Below, one piece after another: positions 53,066 to 64,000 of a stretch of 64,000 nt of DNA (its first letter is position 1; each line of letters opens with the position of its first letter). The stretch is taken from contig NC_092676.1 in the NCBI RefSeq assembly GCF_964355755.1, forward strand, positions 29,468,871 to 29,532,870, read 5' to 3'. This stretch comes from Antedon mediterranea. Its lineage: Eukaryota; Animalia; Echinodermata. The notes beneath the pieces were generated by a model. That model saw nothing but the letters and a program-made list of their open reading frames with translations, was not told where the DNA came from and searched no databases. A program made the position numbers and the translations under genes.

Positions 53066-54811
53066 TTTGAGGTCTACAAAAATCGAAAACTCAATTTAAA
53101 ATAGTTTAATACCAGTGATACTGTAGTATGATTTATTACTATTATTATTGTATTATTGTCTATTATATATTAAACACATTTAAATGTATTGTAATACAAT
53201 TTAGGAGGCGTACTACTAATTAAAAATTAATATTATCATTAAGGTCCGTGATATGATACGACATTTGATATAAGATTTTGTTTTATAAGATTAATAATAA
53301 AGATACAGTGGTCAACATTGCCATTCGATCAACTAAATGATGGTACATGTTTCATACACATTAGGGTACATATTTTATTCAAAAAGATATAACAATTTTT
53401 CTTTGGAATGCTGATAATATGATAATACGTTGGAAAAACGCAAATTATTAGTTTTGAATATCGGTAAAAATTACCTTTTTGAATGATTATATTTTATAAA
53501 ACGAAAATGATCTGTTTAAATTGATATTTTTTTAATTACCTTTATTACTTATTCTGTCATTTACTATAGGTGTTTTGACTATATTGTACTATTTTTAAGT
53601 GTTATTTGAATTTATTTAAATGACCTTATTTAAATACGCAGGCTTCCTTTGGTAAGCTGTCTGTTAGAATCAGTGTTAGACATGCTGTGGTCTAATTGCA
53701 CACGCTATTGATAAAATATGCCATGTACGCAATGTATGTAATTTTGCAAGCATAAAAGACACATTTACTTGGAATAATGCGCTTCAGAATCCCAAAGACC
53801 ATGTATTGGTGAGTTTATTCATTTGTAGACTTTATAATAATTATTGAAACATTTGATTTTCTTTAATGTTCATATCGAATGAATTAAAACACGAATTACG
53901 TTGTATAGGTCTGATTAGTAGATACACTTCTATGTTCAATAATGGGTAACAGACGTTATTGTTGTTCGGTTATAAAATTAAGTTTTATTTTATTCTAGTA
54001 TTTAGCACGATTGCAAGTCTGACTACAAACAAACTTTGATTGAACTATTATTATTAGTATTACTAAGAAGATATATTTTTTAAACGACAATATAGGCCTA
54101 AATGCTAATTTTTGTTTACGTTCGTTTATAAATTGTTATTGCTGATCATTACTGGTTACGCAAATGTTGTTGCATAATAAGAAATGGTATTGAGCAACCC
54201 AATTTAGTGTCATCATACGTTTCCGAAACTATTGTTTTAGTTGCATAGTATTAAGTAGGTGTAAATGGGCTCTTAATACAAAATATAATTTAAACTAACT
54301 ACCAGTACGTAGGACGCCTACTATTTAATAATCTTTTTTTAAAAAACGTTATCGGCAGAATTTATCGTAAAAATTGCACCGTAATAAATTACGTGAAGTG
54401 TTTAATTCAATATTTTAGTTTCAATTTATCGTTGTGTTATTATTGTCCATCAAACGATGTGTTCTAACAATACCAATTGATCCTAATTCAAAATAATTTC
54501 ACCAAATGTTTCGTAAAATATACACTACCGTATAACGGGTTATTAATAATTAAATAATTTACGAAAACGAAATGAAATATATTAACGGAATTAGGCTCTA
54601 CTAAACGACACTTTTTAAAACAAATTTTCTAAAATCGTAAATCATTCCGGCCCGTGTTCATCCATTTTAGGGTGAAGCACACAAGTTATTCTGTCACATT
54701 CTTGTCCAGGCTGCTGTGTTAATAGGCCTATTTGGTGATTTCATCAATCATTTTAAATCATTTTGATAGCAACGAATTATTAATTATTTAGTTCCACACA
54801 AAATAGCCCCT

Positions 54812-54918
54812 GACACCCCGTATCAGGGGGATTACCACCTATCTCGATAGGACAGTGATTAATTCACTATTGGTAATCCTTAGCTACATTGCCTAAAGAC
54901 ATAAAATAAAATAAATAA
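54812..54918 (+). mobile_element. 3' fragment of the SINE at 28465-28815
   Basis: Reverse-complement match including the aaataaaataaataa tail. Confidence 0.75.
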
Positions 54919-55152
54919 GGCTTAATGATGAGCTAATAGTAACTAACCCGGCGGTATTGATTAAAACGGTTATTGAAAACGTATTTCTACTCCTATAAAA
55001 TAATAATTTATCCTTTTTAATTTTATTTCTAAATACATTAAATAGCAAAATTAAGAAGTGTGCAATTATTGCAACAGGATTATTATTATTGCGACAGTGC
55101 GATAAACGTGCGAACATTACAAAGTGCGGCGGACACTAGTTGCACTCTCTAA

Positions 55153-55985
55153 AACGTGGTTCCCACTAGCGACGCGACGCAAGGACGTAACGCAACGCAA
55201 GTGAATTGACCAATCACAAGCGATAGCTTATTCGCTTGTGATTGCTAACTGTCTATAACTTCGCTTGTCATTGGTTAAGCGTGGTTCCCACTAGCGACGC
55301 AACACAAGGACGTAACGCAACGCAAGTGAATTGACCAATCACAAGCGATGGCTTATTCGCTTGTGATTGCTAAAGCTTGGTTCCCACTAGAACGTAACGC
55401 TTGCGTTGCGTTTACGTCCTTGCGTTACGTTCTAGTGGGAACCAAGCTTAACTGTCTATAACTTCGCTTGTCATTGGTAAAGCGTGGTTCCCACTAGCGA
55501 CGCAACGCAAGGACGTAACGCAACGCAAGTGAATTGACCAATCACAAGCGATGGCTTATTCGCTTGTGATTGCTAACTGTCCATAACTTCGCTTGTCATT
55601 GGTTAAAACGCTTGCGTTGCGTTTACGTCCTTGCGTTACGTTCTAGTGGGAACCAAGCTTTAAAACGTTTGCGTTGCGTTTACGTCCTTGCGTTACGTTT
55701 TAGTGGGAACCAAGCTTTAAAACGCTTGCGTTGCGTTTACGTCCTTGCGTTACGTTCTAGTGGGAACCAAGCTTTAAGCTTGGTTCCCACAAGCAACGTA
55801 ACGCAATCTACGCGCGCAACGTAAGAAAATGCTCTTCCAATCACTGTGTTTGACCCCGCCTGCGTGAAATCAAATCTGCGATGTTTGCAGCACTGTTGTG
55901 TCGTCGGTTCCCACTTGCTGTGATTACGCAATACAGCACTTTGCGTCAATACGTTGTTGCGTTGCGTTCTAGTGGGAACCACGCT
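55153..55985. mobile_element. Cluster of five nested/adjacent family A MITEs
   Basis: Elements 55153-55773, 55278-55716, 55374-55448, 55481-55659 and 55777-55985, each bounded by TAA/TTA. Confidence 0.9.
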
Positions 55986-57420
55986 TTAGTATCTAATAGT
56001 TTTAAAACATTCCTGATGATCAATTTAGTTTTCACTCCACTCTTGTGTGGGCCTAGTTAATTGTGATGAGGTTGGTTATAAACGGATAAAAAAAACCCCA
56101 ATAATATGCAATTTAATTCAAACAAACCGAAAACCAAAACAAAGTCTAATTACATGATTATATCCTCGTCAATTCACGTCTGCTCTTTCCCCCGATTGTC
56201 CTTGGCATTTTTGCGGGTTGTTTTTCAATGCAATTACTAAATTCGATTTTCCCCTTTTTGGCCTAATTGTATAGTTTCAATTAATAGGCCTATTTTTGTA
56301 AATCTTTGTAGGCCTATTTTGTTGTAGGTCTAATCTAAAAAATATGCCGCAATTTGCTACGTTTATATGGTAAATTTTATGAATCCGTATATTATTATAT
56401 TTATTTGTGTGAATAAAAGAACCAGAATATATATATTTTTATTATAATCAGGTTTTTTAATAGAATAATTAATATTTTATGCATGTGTCAGAGAGAGAGA
56501 GATGAAAATGTACATAGCGCCCTCTATTTTGTTGTACTAAGATCTTTGACTATCCTCCAGTTCATACCACTATCTTAGGAATATTCATAAGATTATAGTG
56601 AGGAATAAATTAGGACATTATAGCCATCTATTATTCTTGACCAGGTTGTTGATTATTTAGTCCAGTTATATTAATATTTAGGAAATAGGTCGGCCATTCT
56701 GTAACATAGTAAAGGTTTACTACTTAGGCAATGTGAAAGCAGTCTACACTATCAAAATTGTGACAAAACAATGTAATGTGTCCATACATGGACATGATGA
56801 TGTCATATCACAGTTTTGATAGTTTTAATAAAAGAAAAAAAGTTTTTAATAATCTTCACGAAAGAACTTTTATTAATTATCCTCTAGTAAAGTCTAAAAC
56901 CAACAAAAATTAACATTTATTCCAACAATTAGTGAAAGTTGACTATTAACGAAAGTTAAAATTAAATACATGCTACGTATAATTAACAAGCATATAAAAT
57001 AGTGGAATTACATTAAAATATAGCCTGATATTTGTGTACTATTATGTATTACATTACGCATTGTGAGGTCATTAACATTCTCAACATTAGACAGTCAAAA
57101 ATTCTAAGATCATGATTAAATTAAATTACCCAATTCTGATTGTTTAAAGAGTTGAATTGTTTTGCTTATGAAATTTTTAAAGAGTTGCCTATAAAAAAAT
57201 CTTGAAAACACATATGTACAAAATCAGGTCAATACACAGATAACCTGAACACAATATTCAAACCAGTTTTTATGTGAAATAGTTTTTTCTTTTACATTAT
57301 ACAATGAACCATCTAGACTTACTTGCTTGTTTTACTTTACCATATCTAGATTGTATATAGTATTAGTGTATCATTTACAGACCTTTAGCTATTGTGTACT
57401 AACAATTTAAAACAGTGTTT

Positions 57421-60400
57421 TTATTCATCATCACTACCAGATCTTGAGGGACTGAAATGAAGAAGAAAACAACAATTTAAATAACTTTTTACAATATGAT
57501 TTAATTACAAATCAACTCCTAGAAATTGGTTTAGAACATGTCCTTATTTGGACGGTCTCTTGGATAAATTGAAGCTTTAATTGCTGCATAGTTCTTTTGC
57601 TAGATACTTACTTTTCTCTTATTGGTGACCTACTGGCACTCTTCATTTGCCTTGGTGGACTGACAGACATCCTAGGTGACGACGCCCCGTTAATAGAACA
57701 TGGCGATCTTGACTGCTGTCGTTCTTGACTTCTAGAATGAGCACGTTCTACACTTCTTGATCGATCTTTGCTTTTTGATCGTGAGCGGGCCTTGTCTTCA
57801 TTTCTATGACCGGAACGATGCCTTTCCCTGCTGTGTGAGCGCGATCTGTTACGGTGCGAGCCTGATCGATCTCTTCTAGTTCCTTTAGACCCTGATCTAT
57901 CTCTTTCCTTACTTCTTGAGGCTTCTCTCCCTTTGCTTTTCGATCTTGATCTATCCTTTTCCCTGCTCTTTGATCGAGAGCGTTCTTTATCTTTGCTTTT
58001 CGATCGTTCTCTCCCACTTTCAGAGTGAGTACGCCTTCTTTCGGTGCTCTTTGATCGTGAACCACCTCTTTCCTTCGACTTTGATCGGTCTTTTCGTTCC
58101 TTATCTTTGCTCCTAGATCGGGATCTGTCTTTTCTTGGGCTTCGTGATCTAGCACGTTTCGGACTTCTTGATCTTCTTGGTCTTGGTGATCGAGATCTAC
58201 AAAATGTTCAAATATTGTGTTCATATATATGTCGTTGCACTGACAAAGGGCAAGTTTTGCCCGAAAGCTCTGCTAATTTTTTTCTGGCTGTTTTGCTCAT
58301 CTTATTCTGTATCTCATTTGAGATTCAGCCACTGATACCCACAGCATTGTCATTTTTTGCCTTTGAATATATATTTTATTGAGAATATTTATTATTTCTG
58401 TTTACACATGTTGTAAAATGTTCACTTTTAAACACACTTACCTTCTTTGATTCCTTGTATACGATGACCTGAAATCAGAAAAGTTAACGTATGTCAAATT
58501 TATAAATTATAGAAAATTTCCAAATATAAAACAGACAAATTTTATAATGTTAAAGTATTGTATAACTCAAAAAGTCAAATAAACGACAATCAAGTAAGCT
58601 AATACTTTGTTTAATGTATGCCAATGATCACAAAAAAGATGCTTTTATAAAAAAACATCTTACAAGTATTGGCAAAGAAATTAATGATTCATTCATTTAC
58701 CTTTGTGGTGAACGACTTCGGCTTCTCTTACTGTAGCGTCTTCGTCTAAAACAAGAAAATCGGCCAAATTTTCATTTGATGTTAAAATACTTCTTATTAC
58801 AAATGAAAATTGATTTATATTATACTTAAATAGAAAAAAGTATGTTAAAGTATTGTATAACTCAAAAGTGCAGTAAACAACAAGTGAGAAAGCTAATACT
58901 TTGTTTAATGTATGCCAACAGAAACAACCAAAATGCTTTTAGAAACCAAACATCTTCTTACAAGTATCGGCAATGAATAATGCATACACGTTAGATAAAC
59001 ACTCACCCTTTGCTGCGGCTTCGTGAACGTCTTTTTGGCGACCGAGATCGAGAACGAGAACTGGAAAAATAAACAGATCGACAAACATGGTAATATATAA
59101 AAATTAATTAACCTTCTCCTGAAAATTAATCTGCATATCATGTTATAAATTCCATATAAATGGAATGCTATCCAATCCAATTTTATTTTGGGAATTTATT
59201 TTTAATTATCTGCAACAAAATAGGTAGATTTTTTAAAATTTATTACAGGAAATCACAAAATGGTAATCCAATTTATTCGTTAAACCCCCATCACACACCT
59301 CATTGGGTTTTCTTCTTACTTACCACCCATTATACCCATTTTTTTCAGTATTATCTACTTAGCAACCATTAACCATCTCAGGTCGTCCACAACCAATCCA
59401 CTTTAAGCGAGGTCACAGGTGATTGCACATGCTCTCTCTACCACCAATAACAACCACTAACAAAACCTAGTAGGACACCACCAGTTGTCCACCGTGGAAC
59501 AATCCTACACCATCAGTAGGACACTGCTGATACCACGCAAGAATCATACACCATTTATGACCTTTAACCCCATAACAAGACCACTTTGTCCACCAATGCA
59601 CGCAGCCTGACGATGGGTGTATAGAAATGTCATAATAAAATCACGGGCATGTTGTTACATGAATTTTACAATTTTTTTACATGCAACTATATTTTGTAAT
59701 TTTTAAACAATTTCAGCACTTGGTTGGGTAACTTGCCAAGAAATAAAGTTTAACCCAAAGGGTTGTCACAAAAATTAATTTCCGTAAATTCCTCTGGTAT
59801 AATCCCACCCCTGACTGTGGTACTTCTTTTCCAAGGAGGGGGAAAAATAAGTCAACCGCCTGTCACTAAATCACTTTATTCATCTAGATATGAAGAATTT
59901 TTTTTGTATTATTTTCCAGCTGCATTTGTTACTTTCTAAAACCCCTTTGTAAGTAAAAAATGAATAAAATAAGTTGATAGTTTATTGAATAATTTGTACA
60001 GAAGAACAAACCTTAATTGTTTTTCAAATGCTTCTATGGATTATCTTAAAATAATGTATTGTCGTTTATGTTAACTGTAGTTAAATTATTTGTAGGTAAA
60101 AAATATCTTCTTTCTAATATAAAAATGGTCAACTAAAGTTGAATAAACTTCTAAAAGTCTTAACAATAATGTGCTTTAACCATGCATAGTGTGTTAAGTT
60201 CATTTAGTCAGACACATTCATTATCAATATATTAATTATGCTCATTGTTGTTGGTATATTTATTATGTTACTCTGTATTTTGCTCTATTATTGTGGAAAT
60301 AAATATTATTATTAACCTGGTGCAGGCCCACTTAAGTTCTTTCACCTGTATTTACAAGCTTATTGGGATAAACTTTATAAAATACAAACCTGCTATATCT

Positions 60401-61465
60401 CCTATAACCACGAGTAAACATGTAACAATCACGTGCAAAGTGACCTCTATCTCCGCATTGGTAACACCGCATACTCGGGTCATACCCACGTCGAAAGCGT
60501 CCACGAGTACGAGGCCTGGCCAGTGAACAAGATATGCGATTCCCACGTACAGTTCTAACAAAAAGATATAATTAAAATATAACAATCTATTAAAGATGTA
60601 TTGTCCCTTTGACTAATTCCAAAAAAATTTTGTACAAAATATTTCGAAAAAAAAGTGGGTCATTTTGAAGTATCATAATAGTTATTAACTTCCACCAAAA
60701 ATTAGTCGAAAAAAAAAATCATTTAATTGAAATACAGACGTTTTTTTTGTTCAAAAAATAACTTTTGACTTACAGTCAAAGTTTTCGATCAAAACATATC
60801 CCATAACGCAACGCGCTTGTTTGGCTACTTTGTATGCATAATCATAAAACTTCCTCGCGATCTGTGTGAAAACACCTTCTCAACCGTGCCGAGTTGTAAA
60901 CAATCCTAATTAGCATCATGAATACTCGTGTTTTGAGATCTTTCTTTACTTTCGCTTGCGACGATATTCCAGACGAAATATAATCAAATTAATTTACCTG
61001 TTAATTACGTAAACTTGTTGTTTTTGGCTCGAATTTTCAACTTAAAGTGAATAACTTTAATATTACTTTGATATGGTCAATTTAAATTTAGAATATTTTG
61101 ACCTTCATTTTTTGTGTTTTAAGGGACAATACGTCATCTTTAAGTTTTAAGTGATGGAAATTTAAAGTACAGATCACAGTACTCAGTCATAATAGTTAAT
61201 AGTAGTAACTGAATTCTTTCTTAAACAATGTCTGCAGTCCTCTTTACCTTCCGTTCATCTCTCTAATTGCATCTTCTGCATCACGTTTCTTTTCAAAAAC
61301 AATAAACGCAAAACAAGGTGGATTTCGGGCAACCCACACTTCATTTATATGACCAAATTTCTCAAAGGCTTTTTCCAGTTCCCTGCTTGATACGTCAAGA
61401 CCCAAGTCACCAACATACACTCTGGCTCCTTCGTCGTCATCTTCGCTGTCACTGTAACGTCCCAT
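57421..61465 (-). CDS. SRSF7: SR splicing factor, SRSF7/SRSF3-like (RRM + CCHC zinc knuckle + long RS domain), about 374-376 aa
   Basis: Exons 61465-61248, 60554-60390, (59118-59113), 59060-59007, 58745-58701, 58468-58442, 58196-57612, 57451-57421, all phase 2. RRM RVYVGDL...VWVARNPPCFAFIVF...DAEDAIREMNG; knuckle CYQCGDRGHFARDC. The exact orthologue (SRSF7 versus an invertebrate paralogue) is uncertain. Confidence 0.85.
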
Positions 61466-63265
61466 TATTAACCTGAAGTAAAATTTTACACAATAATCCA
61501 TTAATTCAAAAGGCACACATACAAATTAAAAAAAGACGAAATGGGCTGGCCTAGTAGTAGTACTAACTAGCCTAGTAGTAGTAGTACTAGCCTAGGTAGT
61601 AGTAATACTGTATGTATATAGAATACAGGTAGCCTTTACCAATGCTAGCTTGGACTCTTCTATAAGTAGAAAGCCACCTCAGTACAGTAATATCTATCCC
61701 GCCTAGGCCTACCTAGTGGCTTTTTTAGGCTACCTAACCTGAGCTAGCTAGGCCTAGCCTCAAATTCTGCTGCTGAACTGTATCTCATCTCATCTGAACC
61801 AACATTTTCATCATCAAAACCAGTTTATAAAATATCTCACTACACTCGGGTGGATTTCAAGATATTACTGTACTGATGTGGCTACACACAATATACATCG
61901 GATCCTACACATCTATAAGTTTTTTTCAAATTATCAACTATTTAATTCGGCTCTAAAATGCAATCTTTTGAGCTTACAAAAAAGGAAAGTGCTGTCTCTG
62001 CGCTGCCTAGCGTGGAAAAGATCTTGGTCCAAAAATAAATGATTCGCTTCAGCAAGCTGGCGTCCTTTTTGTGGTGGTTTCTGGTTGGTTGATTGCCACA
62101 AGTATCAATCACGTGTGTACACGTTTAAAATTTAAATTAAAAATCGTTTACAGAACAAATATACAAATTGCATTTTAAACAATAATATATTTTAAAAACT
62201 AAAAAAATACATTTTATAATTATAATAATTGATTAATAGTAGTTTTCAATCAAGAAAATGATTAAATTTGGAAGAAATACTTTGTTTGTGAATGCTTCTT
62301 GAAGCCAATTTGATGATTTAAATCAATCAGTAGGTTGCGCATCAAAGGAGGAGACGCGTGACGCTTTTTTTTTCACACACGACACCGTATTCGACTCATT
62401 TGCATTTCGAGACTCGACCCTGGCTGGTGGGAATTCGACTGGTGTGTGTACATGCTGTGTTTTTGATTTGAGAAAGTCGGAAAACGGTAGGGAAAACATG
62501 ATTTGTATGAAACGTAATATGGTATACTTAGTAATTTAACATAGAGAAGTAAATTTTGACAAATAATAATAAGCATATATTATATGTACATTACTGTTGT
62601 GTTTAATTTGATTGCTTTACTCCCTCTTTTCTTTTCCTTTATTTAGTTTGTTAGATAGCTAGCCTACTATTATAGGCCTACTAGCTAGGCTAATAGGCCT
62701 CTCTAATCCTAGGCCTACACCAACGGTTCAAGAACAACATGGATGGATGGGGGACCGCATTTTTCTGCGGTTATCCCTAGCCATTTAATCCGCGTGTTGT
62801 ATTTTTTGCATCTTGTCTGTGTTGTTCCATGGTTTGTCGGTCGGTTTGTCTTGCACTGTTTAGGGCTAGGCTAAAGTCTTTAATACTCTTAGACAATATT
62901 TTTAAGTGAATTTAGGACTTCGTTGAAATTGTTTGATTCAAATAAAAAAAATAGTTTTTTTCCCATCTTAGCTATTTACAACTGACTGCTCCTAGCTATA
63001 TGACAACTTGGTCATACTTGTCCTCGTCCGGTACAGTTTATGATAGAAAAAGATTCCGAGTACTTAAACTTAATTAAATATATATTTCTATTTCTAGAAG
63101 CTAGTTAAAATATTGTTAAACATTTCATTCTAAGATTGTCGGCTTCAACGCCACAAAATATCACTCATCAAAGTTGATTGTGGCTCTCAGTCTCCATACT
63201 AACCATCAAAGTTTTTTTTTTTTTTATTCAACAATAGTATTTGTTTAATACAGCTCAAAAATTTG

Positions 63266-63290
63266 ATGGAGGAGGTGGATGTGACGCCAG
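63266..63290 (+). CDS. Probable first coding exon (MEEVDVTP) of an unidentified gene divergent from the SR gene
   Basis: Acceptor tacag| at 63253, ATG at 63266, donor CAG|GTATGA at 63290; CpG-richer promoter-like region at 62000-62500. The rest of the gene is not resolvable in this window. Confidence 0.4.
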
Positions 63291-64000
63291 GTATGAAGTT
63301 TATTACTTCATGTAAAAAACTAACTCATTCATTTTGATTGGTGTGAAAATAAAATAAAAATAAATAAAATAATAGTGGTCAGGTTAATTAAAATCTTTTT
63401 TATTTTATCAAATCTTGATTTTCTTATGAATGAATCTGGAAGTTCTTTGAGTAAACAAAGACAAATTGAACAAAGAAAGGTGTAATAATAATAGGATAAG
63501 GTAGCCTTGTACTTTAACCTAAAATTCTGTCCTATTAGTATACCCCTTTTTTTTCCGTTGTTCTGGTGCCAAGTTTACTGTTTAGTAACAATCATTCCAG
63601 TTCCAGTTATGGAAATGTTTTCTTATTTCTTTAATATTTACTGTACCCTTTTAATAGATATTCCCAGTTGATATTAAAAGCTTACTTATTTAATGCTGTT
63701 CCGCTGAATAGACTTTTCATTCATTCATCTTTTATTTCGGAAAAAAAAATTCTCCATAGCTCAGTAACAAATTAGTGTGTATTATTGTAAATATAACAAA
63801 TATAGATATATAAAAAAAAACCTACGCCACATAGTGGTTTCTGTCTCAAATGCTCTGTTTATTTATGCTGTGAATTTTCTTCCAAGTTTTCTGTCAGATG
63901 CTATGTCCTTTATTTTCTGTAGGTTCGTTGCAATTTTTAATTTTGTTAGTAGTGTGGTAATATAATGCTTTCAAGTCCCTTTGTATGTTATTGGTAAAGT

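Noticed and set aside
57748-58224. 158-aa minus-strand ORF (MNTIFEHF...)
   Set aside because: Wrong frame; the real exon 58196-57612 encodes the RS domain in another frame.

Overview
AT-rich, intron-containing animal genomic DNA, probably a marine invertebrate. An echinoderm or other deuterostome is my guess from the SINE types and gene content; I cannot prove it. Spliced gene models built by hand from GT-AG sites and reading-frame continuity: (1) a very long CEP97 orthologue (+, 15 coding exons, 8046-38945, about 2043 aa) with an added FN3 domain, a coding VNTR and one U12-type intron; (2) a secreted neurotrophin-like gene nested antisense in the last CEP97 intron (33086-34555), which lacks one whole disulfide pair of the cystine knot and whose first splice donor is amplified 16x as a 37-bp minisatellite; (3) FAAH2 (-), head-to-head with (4) TNFAIP3/A20 (+, about 12 Cys4 fingers, kappaB site upstream); (5) an SRSF7/SRSF3-like SR protein (-) with candidate poison and micro exons; (6) the start of an unidentified divergent gene at the right edge. 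The rest is PIF/Harbinger-type MITEs (including a three-deep self-nested cluster), SINEs, LINE remnants and many minisatellites. CTAG/AGGCCT-rich tracts recur just downstream of each inferred promoter. Most ORFs in the supplied track are repeat artefacts or antisense shadows.
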